From the NCBI RefSeq assembly GCF_009914755.1, contig NC_060932.1: 64,000 nucleotides of DNA; one strand, given 5' to 3'. This DNA comes from the human T2T-CHM13v2.0 reference genome, Homo sapiens. Positions 27,007 to 44,260 of this stretch are shown here, piece after piece. The notes beneath the pieces were generated by a model that saw only the letters and a program-made list of their open reading frames with translations, was not told the origin of the DNA and did not search any database. The position numbers and the translations under genes were made by a program. Numbering within the stretch: the first letter of the stretch is position 1; each line of letters begins with the position of its first letter.

Positions 27007-29472
27007 CCATAATTAAAAATATTTTATTGCTAAAGAAATGGTAACAATTATTTGAGTATTCATTGAGTCCTCAGCTTTTTATCTGGTGGAGGGTCTAGCC
27101 TCGAGATGGATGAGTGCTGACTGATCAGGGTTGTGGTTACTGAACTTTGGGGTGGCTGTAGCAATTTTAAAAAATAAGACAACAATGAAGTTTGCCACAT
27201 TGATTAACTCTTCCTTTCACAAATGATTTCTCTGTAGCATGAAACACTGATAGCATTTTATCCGCAGTAGAATGCCTTTCAAACCATCATTCTCAGCAAA
27301 CTATCGCAAGGACAAAAAAATCAAACACTGCATGTTCTCACTCATAGGTGGGAATTGAACAATGAGAACACTAGGACACAGGAAGAGGAACATCACACAT
27401 CGGGGCCTGTCATGCAGTGGGGGGAGAGGGGAGGGATAGCATTAGGAGATATACCTAATGTAAATGACGATTTAATGGGTGCAGCACACCAACATGGCAC
27501 ATGTATACATATGTAACAAATCCGCACATTGTGCACATGTGCACTAGAACTTAAAGTATAATAAAAAAAAATTGAAAGCAATGCCCTCAAACCTTGCCTT
27601 TGTTTTATCAATTAAGTTTATATAATATACAAAATTATTTTTTGTCATTTCAACAATGTTCACAGCAACTTCACCAGGAGTAGTTCCTATATCAAAAAAA
27701 CACTTTCTTTGCTCATTCATAAGAATCAACTATTTGACAATTAAAACTTTTTATATTTTATTATAATATTTTTATATATTTATATTTTATGAGAATGCAG
27801 CAATTCACAAATTCAGGATCCACTTGTAATTTTAGTTTATCTTGCTATTTCCACCAAATCCACAGTAACTTCCACCACTGAAATCTTGAATCTGTTCTTC
27901 CAAACTCCTGCTAATGTGGATATTTCACCTCTTCTCATAAATCATAGATTTTTTTAATAGCATCTAGAATGGTGAATCCTTTCCAGAAGGTTTTCAATTT
28001 ACTTTGCCCAGATCCATGAGAAGAATCACTACCCATGGCAGCTATAGCTTTATGAAAGATTTCTTAAATAATAAGACCTAAAAGTCAAAATTACTTCTTG
28101 ATCCATGGGCTGCAGAAGATATGTTGTGGTAGCCAACATGAAAACAACATTAGTCTCATTGTATACCTCCATCAGAGCTCTTGGGTGACCATGTGCATTG
28201 TCAATGAGCAGTAATACTTTGAAAGGAATCTTTTTTTTTTTTCTGAGCTTAAAATCAGTGGGCTTAAAATCTTCAGTAAGCCAGGCTGCACTCAGATGTT
28301 CTGTCATCCAGGCTTTCGTGTTCCATCTATAGACCACAGGCAGAGTAGATTTAGCGTAATTTTTAAGAGTCCTAGGATTTTTGGAATGGTAAATGAATAT
28401 TGGCTTCAACTTAAAGCCAATTAAGCCACCAGCTGCATCAGTTCCTAACAAGAGTCAGTTGGCTCTTTGAAGCTTTGATGCCGGGCATTCACTTCTCTCT
28501 AGCTATGGAAGTCCTATATGCCATCTTCTTCCAACATGAGGCTATTTCATCTTCTTTGAAAATTTGTTCTTTAGTGTAATGACTTTCATCCATTATCTCA
28601 GCTAAAACTTCTGAATATCTTGCTGAAGCTTCTACATCAGCCTTGGCTACTTCACCTTATACTTTCCTGTTATGAAGATCACTTCTTTCCTTAAATGTCA
28701 TGAGCCAACCTCTCCTCAGTTCCAACTTTTCTTCTGCAGCTTACTACCTCTCATAGCCTTCACATAGTTGAAGAGAGTTATTTGTGGCTGGTTTGTTCTT
28801 TTGTTCAGACCACTCAAACCTTTTTCAAATCAGCAATAAGACTGTTTCACTTTCCTATCATTGGTGTGTTTACTGGAGCAGCATTTTTAATTTCCTTCAA
28901 GAACTTTTCCATTGCATTCACAATTTGGCTAACTGGTTGGTGCAAGAGCTCTAGCTTTCAACCTATATTATCTTTCAACATACCTTAATCACTAAACTTA
29001 ATCATGTCTAGTTTTTTATTTAAAGTGAAAGATGTGCAACTCTTCCTTTTACTTGAACACTTAAAGATTGTTGTAGAGTTACTAATTGGCCTAATTTCAA
29101 TATTATTTTGTCTCAGGAAACAGGGAGGCCTGAAGAGAAGGAGAGAGATGGAGGACCAGCAAGTTGTTAGAGCAGTCAGAACACACTCATTTATAAATTA
29201 TGTTCGCCATCTTGTGTGAGTGCAGATCATGGCGCCTGAAAACATTATAATACTAATATTAAAGTCACTGATCACAGATCACCATAACAAATAAAAGGAT
29301 AATAAAGAGTTTGAAATATTGCAGCAATTTCCAAAATGTAACACAAAGACATGAAATAAGCACATGTTGTTGGAAAAATGGTGCCCATAAACTTGCTCAA
29401 TGAAAGGTTGCCACAAACCTTCAACTGCGTAAAGCACAATACAGTGAGGGGTAATAAAACTAGGTATGTCTG
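26790..29472 (-). mobile_element. Full-length Tigger1 (pogo-like) DNA transposon, decayed
   Basis: Both termini present (c.gcataactctgagat... and ...aaaactaggtatgtctg), each with a flanking TA. ORF 28050-28451 has the Tigger DDE motifs [11 protein letters not shown] and [19 protein letters not shown]. Confidence 0.93.
27281..27571 (+). mobile_element. Short 5'-truncated L1PA (about L1PA4-5) inside Tigger1
   Basis: ccatcattctcagcaaactatcgcaaggac ... gaacttaaagtataat(A)n. Confidence 0.93.
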
Positions 29473-29533
29473 TAATTGCAATTTTGTTAACTGCATCCTA
29501 ATAGGTATAACTTTAAAATTTTATAGAAATCAT

Positions 29534-29536
<3 letters not shown>

Positions 29537-29566
<30 letters not shown>
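29537..29566. repeat. (TG)n microsatellite
   Basis: Direct observation. Confidence 0.95.
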
Positions 29567-29567
<1 letters not shown>

Positions 29568-30829
29568 CTGCTTGTGCCTGTCCACTACTGTTTTGGTCCT
29601 TCCCATCCGGTCAAGAGAACCTCCTGCTATGGCCCCCACACCCAGGGTCAGTAACAACCTTGTTCAGGAAGCCAATTCTCAATACACGAGTGATATTAGA
29701 AGTTAATTTCCTGCCTTTCTTCTGATACTGAATGTACACAAAAGTGCCCCAAAAGTTCTTATACAATATAAATGTCACTTTCCGTCCTTCTCTTCTTCAA
29801 ACCTTCTGACCGGTGTGGTTCCTTCCTGGTTATATCCAGCCCTCCTGTTCTCCAAAAAGTTCTATTGTTAAGTCACAGCCTCCTTGACCTGGAGCCCAAA
29901 CAATTGACTGTATTTTTGAAAACTTTTAATTTAAAGGAGTAGATCTTTTCCTGTTACCCATAACCACTGACTAGAATCCACCTATGAATTGTCTATGGCC
30001 AGATTACAGTATAATGCCATAGATTGCCTGTCTTTAACTGATAACCAATATAATCATCTGTTTCTCACCTATTGTGTAGAAAATTCTATATTAGCCTTTG
30101 GCTTTCACTGTAGCAGGGAGTACATGGACAATTTTTCTCCTCTTTGTCTCCATGCAAATAGCGTTCAGAAGTTACTTTGTTTAGTAAAAATTAGAATTAC
30201 AGGAATTAAGTGTTTTAAAAGACATACGTTAATTATATACATGTTTTGAAACAGAGTTAGGCCTGCTGCCACTCAGAGCAGTCAGTTATATCTTTTTGCA
30301 AATACCACTTATCTCTTGAAGATATTTCGCATTTTAATTTTACATTTTAAGATTCATTTTATACTTTATATCTAAATGAACATTCTATGGCTAGTATTAC
30401 TATTCCATTGCAATACATTCAAATCATCCTTGTGAGAAGTTGTACATGGTGATGATGATGTAACCCAAATATTCCAGCAGACCTAAGGATATGATGACAA
30501 CCGCAATCCATGGTATGTGATTCCCCGAACTTGAGGTTTTTAACGAGGTGCCCAGTGGCAAAAGAAACCTCCAGATCAGAGTGAGGATCTTATCAGTTCT
30601 TTTGAAACATCTCTATTTGTCATTCTCTTGGGACTTACTCAATATTGACGGATACACCAGTCAATTTTCTGCTTTCTTATCAAGACAAATAACTTATCAG
30701 GGCTCTAGTAACCTTAGAGCATTTCTGAGTCCTTACTATAAAACAGAGAAATTTACCAGGCATACCATCTCCTTAGCAAGCCCATGATTCAGGCTTCAGG
30801 TATATGATACCTTGATAATAGCACGTTTA

Positions 30830-32360
30830 GAAACTTTTTATGGAAGTACAACACGCAGAGAATGAAAGTAGACAGATCCTAATAAATGTAATATCAATTA
30901 ATTATGATGAAGTGGACACATCTTTGTAAACAGCACATAAATAGAGAAATGGAATTTTATCAGAATCTCAGAAATGTCCCTCTGTCCCTTCCTATTTACT
31001 ACCCTCAAGGACAAACTATCCTGAGATCTAAATAATTAAATTATTTTGCTTGTTTTGAACTGTTTATCATTTGAATTATATAGAATGTGCTCTTCTGTAT
31101 GTCCCTCCCACCGCTCTCTTTTTTTGTTGTTGTTTTAATGTGAATGGTTGTGAGATCCATTCCTGTACTTTTGTGCAGTAATAGTTTGTTAATTCTCCAT
31201 GCTTTAGTATTGCATCACAGAAAGAAGACACACTTTATTCAATCATTCTAATGCTTATAGAAATTTGTTTAGTTTCTACTTTTTGACTTTAATAAAAGAT
31301 TCTGCAATGACCATCATGATGCATGTCTTTTAGAAAGGTACATAGGCATCCAACAGAGTTTATTGTATCCTATAATTATGTTTAACTTTAATAGAGAAGG
31401 CAAAGTCTTTGTACTATTAAATCTACACTCCTTCCAGTGCTTAAGAGTCCTTGGTTTTCCACATCCTTACCTCATCGTGGTGTTGTCTGTCATTTGTATT
31501 CATGGAAACATATTGTGGTTTTAATTGATATTTTCCTAATGACTAACAATTTTAAGCAACTTTCCATATTTTTCTAGACAATTTAGAATAATCTTCTAGG
31601 CAGTGCTTCTTCCAGTATTTGTTCATTGTCTATTGCTTTGACTTGCTTTGACTTCCATTTTATTATTGATTTGTAGATTTTACACTCACACACACAGACA
31701 CACACAAACACAGAGGAAATGATTATTATGCCAGGCACATATTTTCTGAATATTTTATTTGATTCTTTATTTTTCACTCTATTACTGCATTTTGCTGAGC
31801 AAAAAACCTTAATTTTAGTGTCAAATTTATTAATTTGTTATTTATGGCCAAAGCTTCATGTTTAGTATTTTTGTTGCCTCTGCTAGGAAAATGATAATAT
31901 GCTCCCACTTTTTAAAAAGCTTTATTGTTTGTTGATCACATTTAGATATACAAAGTATCAAGAAATTATGTGTTTATGATGTAAGGTTAAAAAAATTCTG
32001 ATAAAAATATCCAATTGACTTAGAATATCTTGAAAAGGTCATTATTTCCCCCATCGTTCTGCAGCCTTACTTTGTTTTATATCAGGTAAGCATGCATATA
32101 TGGTCATTTCTGGACTCACTATTTTGTTTTAATGTCTTTGTAACAGTCATGTGTTGTCTCCATATAGATCTTAAAAACTCTGTCTCTGAGACCCAGCGTA
32201 ATTCTTAACTTTTGTCCCTCTTTGAGATTTATGTGGCCATTCTTGCCCCTTTTCACCGAAACATAAATTTACAAAATTTTGTCAATTTCTCTTTAAAGAT
32301 GTTATATTTTTAATATTAGAAGAGTTCAATTTATTAAACCAGTAATTATATTTCTTTCTA
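30830..32360 (-). mobile_element. Old L1ME-like LINE fragment
   Basis: Antisense L1M 3' motifs (ttgtgagatccattcctgt, ttttccacatccttacc, ttgtggttttaattgatattttcctaatgactaa). Confidence 0.72.
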
Positions 32361-32393
32361 TTGATATATCCTGATAAATTATATCAGTTGAAC

Positions 32394-35599
<3,206 letters not shown>

Positions 35600-37099
35600 T
35601 TTTAAATGGCTTTAAATATACATCTTTCTGGCTAGGTAGTAAAAAATAATTTTTCCCAGGATATGCATGCCAGTTAAAGATAGTTTCCATCTTATCTAAA
35701 ATTCTGTAAGACTGATGGTGGTTGAAATGTAAGAGAAAAGCATGTGTGTGTTTTATCTGTTTGTATATGTGTGTGTACATGTATAATATAGATAGACTAT
35801 ACACTTAAGTACATGTAAGCCTAATATATTCAATATGAATATTAGGACTTAGTTATCACTTCTCTTAGTTCACTGACTTGATTTATTAACAGTGTTTTTT
35901 TTGGGCTCCTTGTTTGATGATTGATGAAATTACTAATCCTAAGAAACAAAGAATAAATAAGACCACAATTCATCACTTTTCTAATTTTTGTAAGAGCATT
36001 TTGATTCCCTATTTTCTATTTATATAATTAAGGCAGTAACTGTTAGTTGAATAAATGGCTACAAAGAACAATAATAAGATAATAGAAGACTTATAAGGCT
36101 GTCAGAGTATTAAAGAAAATAAGGTAGCTAAAGCTCAGAATCTAACAAAATATTGCCATTAAATAAATATTAATCACATCTCTTTGAAAATCAATCAGCC
36201 ATCTGGTAGACCTATACAGGCTGTATATTATTTCATGTCATTATGATAGCAAAAGCATATATGTATTTTTCATTTCTAAAGAAGGAAAATATTATTTTTG
36301 AAAAATGAAATGTCACGACTAAGGCTACTAATTCTAACAGAGTAATAAAATAGTCTCTCATTACTTGGATAGTTAAACCAAACTCTTGATAGAGTTTTGT
36401 CCAGATATAGAATTGTTTTATTATTTTAAGAGAGACAAAATAGCTGTATATTTGAAATAGAAACACAAAAACAGAATAAAACACAAACAAGAAAATTTTC
36501 AAAACAAGAAAATTTTAAAAAATAATTTGAATATTACAACTTTTTTTAAGTTCAATTTAATGACCCACATAGCTCACTACATAAGCATAAAATGCAATAC
36601 AGAGGTTGTTATGCTTTAAATACATAGAGGTTGTTAATATGTATGGAGTTTATATCAATGATCCTTCTAAGCAGTGTGTTGCTTCTTGGAGCTCATATAT
36701 ACGTAAAAAGAACTTAAAAGTTAGCTTTGTATTCATGTGTTGTAGTTGGAACCTGAAGTACTTATTATTAAACCTTTATAGTCTTACGTACTTACATTTT
36801 TTTCATTATTATTTTACTTAAAGAGTATAATTACTTAAGGAAAGAATTATTTCCTTTTCCTTACTTACTAATAAACATGTCAAACTTCTAAATTTTTTTC
36901 CTGTAAGTCAAGTCAAAAACAGTAGGAAAAGGGCAATAGTGTGTTAATTCATGTACATATGCCAACCACAGAGAAACCTGGCTTGAAACATTTTATAACA
37001 CATTTAAGTGCTTGTACATTACTGGTTATAACTGACCCCCAAATCACGCCTGGTAAACAGCCAAATAATCACCTTTTAAAAACCTGAGTCTATTGTTTG

Positions 37100-37340
37100 G
37101 TAGAGTCAAGACCACAGATTTTGAAATTTGTCTTAGCTGAGCAGAAATATTAATGTTCTTGCTTACTTATTGCATAATATACTGTAAGTTTCTTCATCTC
37201 TCTTATTTACTTTCTCTACAATATAGGAATGATATTCCAAATCATCTAGTTGTTTTAAGAATGGCAGAAAATCATTAATGCACACCATTTAGCACAGTGA
37301 CAGGGTTTTGGCAAAGTAGGTAGTCAATAAACATTCAATC
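37100..37340 (+). mobile_element. MIR SINE (decayed)
   Basis: agagtcaagacc...ttagcacagtgacagg...gtaggtagtcaataaa. Confidence 0.55.
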
Positions 37341-38245
37341 CATTGCTTTTATCTGTTCATTTATAGTTGAATCAAAAAATAGCTTCCAAACCAGGAGCTC
37401 CATAGCATACATTATGACCCTAAATATTACCTGACCTTAAATGGAAACAGATAATATTGCTAATAAAATATTGTTATAGATTATATTGGAAAAGTCTTGT
37501 AAGTAAACTGTTTGTATTCATCATACACAAGATAACTTTTAGTTTGTATGTTTGTTACAGCACATTGTTTAGTAGAAAAATCCATTGTTCTGACAACATA
37601 TCAGGACTTGATACTCGTTTTAATCTACCTATCCCTTTTTTTCCAAGCTTTGCTATTATCCCCAAATGGTTAAATGTCCAGAAATTATTAGTCTAATAAC
37701 CCATGGGTATACTATGAATATTGAACACATTTCTGAATCAATTATATTTTTCAACTATAATTAGATGAGTTGTTTGGGAAAAAAAAGTATGTCCTGAACA
37801 ATCATAATGTCTATTTACGGTAGTTAAATAATAGGAAACATTGAGTCAAATCTATCTCAGTGTAGAATTTTTCCACAGTGTCACTTATTATGCATCTCAC
37901 CAAGCCTGAGTCATATTAACTGATTCAAATGTATTTGCACATTCTTACAGAATAGAGTGACTTGGTTATTTGACTGCTTTATGATTTCTTCTTCATAAAA
38001 TAATAAGAGGCGGAATAAGACAACATGTTTTTAAAAGGAAAAAATATTGGCAAAATGGAATTATCTCTGTACCATTGAGTTTTGGGAACAATAAAGAGAA
38101 GCAAGATCATTGGCATTATTGTTGAGTAGGCTCCTATGCATGCATTGCAGGGAATAAAGATCTGTTGGTATCTGTACTATGTAGAATTCAAGAGAAAAAA
38201 CAGTGGTAATACCAGTTCTAATAGCCTAGTTAAAAGACACTTTGA

Positions 38246-38543
38246 GGCCGGGTGCGGTGGCTCACGCCTGTAATCCCAGCACTTTAGGGGGCTGAATCGA
38301 GTGGATCACCTGAGGTCAGGAGTTCAAGACCAGACTGGCCAACAGGGTGAAACCCGGTCTTTATTAAAAACACAAAAGTTAGCCAGGCGTGGGCGTGCCT
38401 GTAATCCCAGCTGCTACGGGAGGCTGAGGCAGGAGAATCGCTTGAACCTGGGAGACAAAGGTTGCACTGAGCCGAGATTATGCCACTATACTACAGCCTG
38501 GGCAACAAGAGTGAAACTCTGTCTCAAAAAAAGAAAAAAAAAA
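38246..38543 (+). mobile_element. AluS SINE
   Basis: Full Alu with perfect TSD AAAAGACACTTTGA (38232-38245 / 38544-38557). Confidence 0.95.
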
Positions 38544-40594
38544 AAAAGACACTTTGAAATATTGTCTCTCAGCTCTCAGAAGTACAGCAGAAGCTTCAAG
38601 TTCGTTACTGATAACCTGAGATTTATAAACCTGGATGTCATCAGTTTCAGCCTGTTCTGCTATAAACCTCATGATTTTCACGTGGTAAATTTAGAATCAC
38701 ATTGTGATCCAAAGGAAATAAAGTAATTTTAGTAATGGAGAAAATTAACAGGGGTTAGGCCAATCCAAATTTCATCTAAAATGTGTCTCGTATAGGCACG
38801 CATAGCTTTGGTAGGACCTTAATACATGTTTGTCAATATATTACAAATAACTTTGACGTTTGAGAAATCATTTGTTTCTTTACAAATATCAAGTTAATTA
38901 TCAAATGTTGTCATAGTATATACAGATTCATAGTTAATAGATTTCTGTTTACATACATCTATATCATAAATGTGGATGATAGAATATTTTCTTGTCTGCG
39001 CTAAAACTACCATCATGATTAAATTGCTATTATAGAATGGTACTCTAAATATAGACATTAGTTTTAGTCTAATTTTTGCTGAATTCTGAAGAATTGAATG
39101 GCGAGATTTCCTTGTTCAGTTTTTTCTTCACAAGTGAAACTGGAAATTGTCCAATAACATGACAATATATTCTTACATTAAATATTTTCATCTGAAACAT
39201 ACCTTAGCTCTTTTTTGCATTGTTAGAATATAATATTAGAAAGTGTTGTATAACAGAATTACATATGGTACCAGAATTAAATACAAAAGTAATTCTAGCT
39301 AATAAAATCTTTTATTATAGATTTCCTTATTGTTCCCTTAACCAAAATAAATAAATAAATAGTTCTTTATGTCTAACACTTTCAGGATGCTGAAATCTAG
39401 AAAATATATGATAATAATTGAATTATTTATTTGTATATGTTCAAACTGTTATTGCTTGAATAGGTATATATGTATATAATATTTCTGTATTAATTCATGA
39501 CAAATTTACAATATAATATATATTATGATCGTTTCACATAGCATATTTGTCTGTGCAATTCTTTAATTACCAGGAAGATGATTTATAAGTGATGTCCAGT
39601 AACTATTTAGGAAACAGTAGGAACAAATTTATCATCCTAGGTCACAAATGATGCTAAGAAACATGAAAGAAAATATCACATTTATAAGGGAAATCAGATA
39701 TTATAAGGAAATACATGAAATGATGTATTTAACACAACAAGAATAACCATTTAATCAATAGGCATACATGAAGCACTTACTTTGTGTAGTGCATAGCTAC
39801 AATAAAATTCTGGGCTATGAGGATTAGAAGATGAAGTTAGTAGAAAAAAATGTGTAAAGCAAACTATTTATGTGTGAAGCAGCATTCTGCATAATACCAT
39901 GATACGCTGCTTATTGACATGTTGAACTGTGAAATACTAATTTGGCATGATGGACATGTTGTTTTTGTTTAAACTTTCAGTAAATAGCTTGAATATTTAT
40001 GTTAATAATTATGTATATCAAACCTTATATAAAATTAAAATTTTTATTAAGAATTTATTATTTCATTTATTAAGAATTTATAAAGTATTTCAGAAATTTA
40101 GGATGCATAAAGAAGAATGCTGCTTCAAAAATATAAATCTTAAAAAGTACTTATGCTTTTAATTGTTCCTACATAACTTTAGATTTACTTCTATTTATAA
40201 AATAAAATAATACAAATAATTGGGAAATTAGATGGCATTTAGAAAACAATATTTGATGTGTCCTACATTTTGTACATCATTATGTTAAGTAGGAAAGCAA
40301 TAAAACAAATTTTTAAGTAGAAATATTTTCTACTGACATTAATATATTAAAATACATTTTAGAATATATTTTGCAATATATTTATTTTAATTATATGATT
40401 GTATAATTATATGTTTTAACATGTCAATTATCTTTAATATATATGCCATATTAAATATAATGTACAGGATATATATGTCTAGATATCATTTAATACAGTG
40501 TGCATTATATACACATGTGCTCACCCACATTAAGTTATTTCTCAGAGCACTCAAAAAGTTTTATGGTAACATAACATTTGTTCACGGAAATAAG

Positions 40595-41055
40595 CTGTGT
40601 TACATCCAGAAGAGTTCCTGAATAAGAATCTGAGTGCAAGTGTATTTTTTTTTTTTTGGTGAGGGAGATGATCCTGAGAAATATTGGAGAGGAGTGAAAA
40701 AATAAGACAGGAAAGAAAAGAAAATCTTTAGAAGTTGTAATGCTAAGAAAGTTCTCTCTATGGACAACTAGAGTTCATGACCTTTAGGCACCTGTGGGAG
40801 ACAGTGTGGAACATTGATTAGTTATACTTGAGGGCCACGGAAATAAGAGTATTTGTACTTCTATTCACTTATTTGTTGAGAGCAGCAACTGAGGGTGCTT
40901 GCTCCTAGGACTTGTGATCTACCCAGCCTGTGAACCTAGAAGTGGAGCCCTGCAGGGAAGGTGCTTGCTGTAGGACACTATCTACAGGCACAAGAATAAC
41001 AGTGAATGCCACTGTTATTCTGGAGAGGCGATCAGGGTGTACAACGAATGGCAAT
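40595..41055. mobile_element. Old MLT1 (K/L-like) LTR
   Basis: gaataagaatctgagtgcaagtgtattt...gagatgatcctgagaa motif. Confidence 0.6.
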
Positions 41056-41060
41056 AACAG

Positions 41061-41588
41061 TGTGGTAGAAAGAAGTCTAAAATGGCCACCAAAATTCCTA
41101 CCCTTTGGTATAGATGCCTTGTATAATCCCCATTAGAAATTTGTAAGTATGATAAATCTCACTCCTTGGTTGTGTGACATGATACGGAAAAAGGGATTTC
41201 ACATGTGTCATTTTTATGACAAATCGGTTATTTTGGAGTAAATCAAAAGAGACATTATCTGGGTACATCTGATTTAATCAGGTGGGATCTCTTAAAAATC
41301 ATGATAAATAATTATTGAGATTTTTCTCTTGCTTACTTTGAAGGAAATGGAAGCTGCCATGGTTCTTATAGCATAAGGAACTGAATTCTGCTACCTACCT
41401 GAATGAGTTCATGTGAGACTGCAGTCTTGGCTAACACCCTGATTTAAGCCTTTTGAGAGCTTCAGCAGAGAATCCAGTTATGCTGTGCCTGGATTTCTGA
41501 CCTACAGAAACTGTGAGAAAATAAATTGGCATTATTTTACTTTCTACCTTTATGATAATTTGTAATGTAGCAATAGAACACTAATACA
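41061..41588 (+). mobile_element. MLT1 (E/F-like) MaLR LTR
   Basis: tgtggtag...aatggccacc start. ttctgacctacagaaactgtgagaaaataaat...gcaatagaacactaataca end. Confidence 0.82.
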
Positions 41589-41876
41589 CATGGATATATT
41601 AAGAAATATACATTAAAAGCTTAGATTTTTGTTTTAAAAAAATCACAGGCTTTGCCATTTATTTCTGGTTTCACTAGCTGAGACTGATTGAATCATCCCA
41701 TTCACTAAATCTTAATATCCATTTCACTTGTAGTGTTTATTTTACTGAAGACATGTGCACATCCTTGCCCAATCCTGGAGGTTTCCCAAGATTACCTATT
41801 AAGCACTCCATCATTTCTCCATGGTGAGAGCAGTTCTGTCTCTTCGTTATAATACTAGTGTTGCTGTTTTGCTTTG

Positions 41877-42250
41877 TGTATTAGTCTGCTTAAGCTGCCG
41901 TAACAAGATACCACAGATGACTGGCTTAAACAAGAAACATTTATTTTCTCACAGTTCTGGAGGCCAGAAGTCCAAGGCCAAGTTGCTGGGAGGGCTTGTT
42001 TCTGATGAAGCCTCTCTTCTCAGCTTGCAACAGCCACCATCTGGCTGTTGTTCCACACAGCCTTTCCTCTGTGCAAAGACAGAGAGGAGTCTTGTGAGTT
42101 CCTCTTTTTACAGGACAGATTAGGGCCCACTTTTATAATTTCATTTATCCTTAATAATCTCTTGAGAGGCTCTATCTCCAAAGCCAGTCAAACAACAGGT
42201 TTGGGCTTCAACATAACAAGGTTGGGGAGGCACAATCCAGTCTATAATGT
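41877..42250 (-). mobile_element. MLT1A-like MaLR LTR
   Basis: tgtattagtctgcttaagctgccgtaacaagataccac...cacagttctggaggccagaagtccaag...cacaatccagtctataa. Confidence 0.85.
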
Positions 42251-42552
42251 TCTTATTGCCACTATTTTTAAACTGCTATCTATAGCACCAAAACTTCAGC
42301 CACCATCTTTTCTATTATACCATTTAACATCTTGCTCTGCTTTTTACTAACCACCTCCACCACATTCTTCACCCCTTGTCCACAATGACCCAGTACTCTA
42401 GATATATATTTACTCTTTTTACCTCAATTACCAAGTGATCTTCTGAACACTTCTGTGTCCACTGTGTGTCTTCTGTACCTACACAGTGCCTTCTGTGTCT
42501 AGGCTATGCAGATTTCCATCAGAGCGCTATATGTAACACACTTATATGTGCT

Positions 42553-42599
42553 CATTAATTTTAATGACAAAAACTGCAATTACTTTTGCACCAACTTAA
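42553..42599. mobile_element. Half MADE1 (Hsmar1 MITE), one TIR
   Basis: cattaattttaatgacaaaaactgcaattacttttgcaccaacttaa followed by TA matches the right half of MADE1. Confidence 0.85.
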
Positions 42600-42601
42600 T
42601 A

Positions 42602-42976
42602 TTCTGTGATGCTAACAGAATACCACAGGCTGGGACATTTATAAAGAACATAAATTTATTTGGCTCAGAGTTTGGATGTTGGAAAATCCTAGATCAAGGC
42701 GTTATATCTGTTGATGCCTTGTTGATGCATCATAAAAAGACAGAAGGTAACACATAGATGAGAGAGACAGAGGTAAGTGGGCCAAATTTATTCTTTTATA
42801 AAGAACCCATTCTCACAATAATGAACTCATTCCCACAATAATAGCATGAATCCATTCATGAGGTCATAGCACTCATGAGTTAATCACCTCTTAGGGATTC
42901 TGCCTCTCAACACTGTTGCACTGGGGATCAGGTTTTCAACCAATAAACCTTGAAGGGACATATTAAAACCATAGCA
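42602..42976 (-). mobile_element. MST-type MaLR LTR
   Basis: aacagaataccacaggctgggacatttataaagaac...taatcacctcttag...aaaccatagca. Confidence 0.82.
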
Positions 42977-43115
42977 CATACACACAACACAGTAGACACT
43001 TTATGGATGCATTTTATGACTGCAAAACAATTACTGATTAAAATATCTATATATATATACACATATGAGGGGGAGACTCCATAAGAAAAAAGCTAACTTA
43101 TCTGAGCTTCCCATT

Positions 43116-43676
43116 TATTGCCAGAAAAAGAGGTTCCAATCCAGACCTCAAGAGAGGGTTCTTGGATCTTGCTTGGGAAAGCTTTCAAGGCAAATCAAAG
43201 AGCATAGAAAAAGAAGTAAGTTCAATAGAAACTACTCTGATACAGAGTAGGGCGTCCTCAGAAAGCAGGAGGAGGAATGCACCACCCTTTGTTAGTGTCT
43301 CTACTTATAAAAAATTATAAGGAGCTATAGCCAAACATGGAATGCGCAGATGTGCTTAATAAAGGTAGGGGCTATTGAAGCTGTCAATAACCACTAGTCC
43401 TTCAACTTAGGCTTGCTCATTAATGTTATCTCTGAGTAAAGTAGGCTGTGCTTTTAGGACAACTGGACATTCTACAGGCTTGGTTGGGGATGTACTGTAA
43501 GGCCATAAATACTCTACAGTTATAATTGGTGGTCAGCTTATCATGTGGCTATTTTCAGACCACAAGTATCAACCTTATAGGTGCTTTGTGAGTGCTCAGC
43601 CACTCACTTAAAGATGGAGTCACTGTAATCATGTTCTATTAAACCAGAGGCCTGGTAAGCAGGGGTTCCTCTAACA
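43116..43676 (-). mobile_element. ERV1 solo LTR (MER41 group)
   Basis: tattgccagaaaaagaggttccaatccagacctcaagagagggttcttggatct ... aagatggagtcac ... cctctaaca. TSD CATT on both sides. Confidence 0.8.
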
Positions 43677-44260
43677 CATTCGACTACTCCTACCACTACC
43701 CTCAGGAAAGAGGTCAACATTATGTTTCCAAGTCCTTTGAAGAAAAACTACGTAGAATTCTTCCAGATTGGAAAATGATAGAGAAAAGTAATATGAAGAC
43801 TAAATGTAGAAACTGCCTTAAATATAAAAGTTTTCTAAGAATATAGCAAGAATTTGGAATTTTCCCCAAATTTTGTGGATATTCTTAGGCATGAGTAATG
43901 TAAGTGCAACTGCCATGCAGATTTTTATAGAGAAAAAAAGGCCACAGAGTTATATGCCTTCCAGGGAAGTATGAACCTAGACTCGGGGCTTTAGGTCTCA
44001 GCAAAAATTCCACTCCCTATGAACACAAGTTATGGCGCTTCTAACCTTTAAGAATCAGGTAGGCTCAGACAGTCTATCAAATGAATACTGCTTGAAACAA
44101 GATCAAGAGAGCACTAACCAAATATTCTAGAGTGCAGTATACTTTATGGAAGCTCTCTTGACCTTGGAGGCTGACTTCATAATGAATTTCATAGGGGCTC
44201 TTTGCCATTGTAACTTAATTGAGAAAAAATAAGTTTTATAATGTATTTTGTTTATATTTT

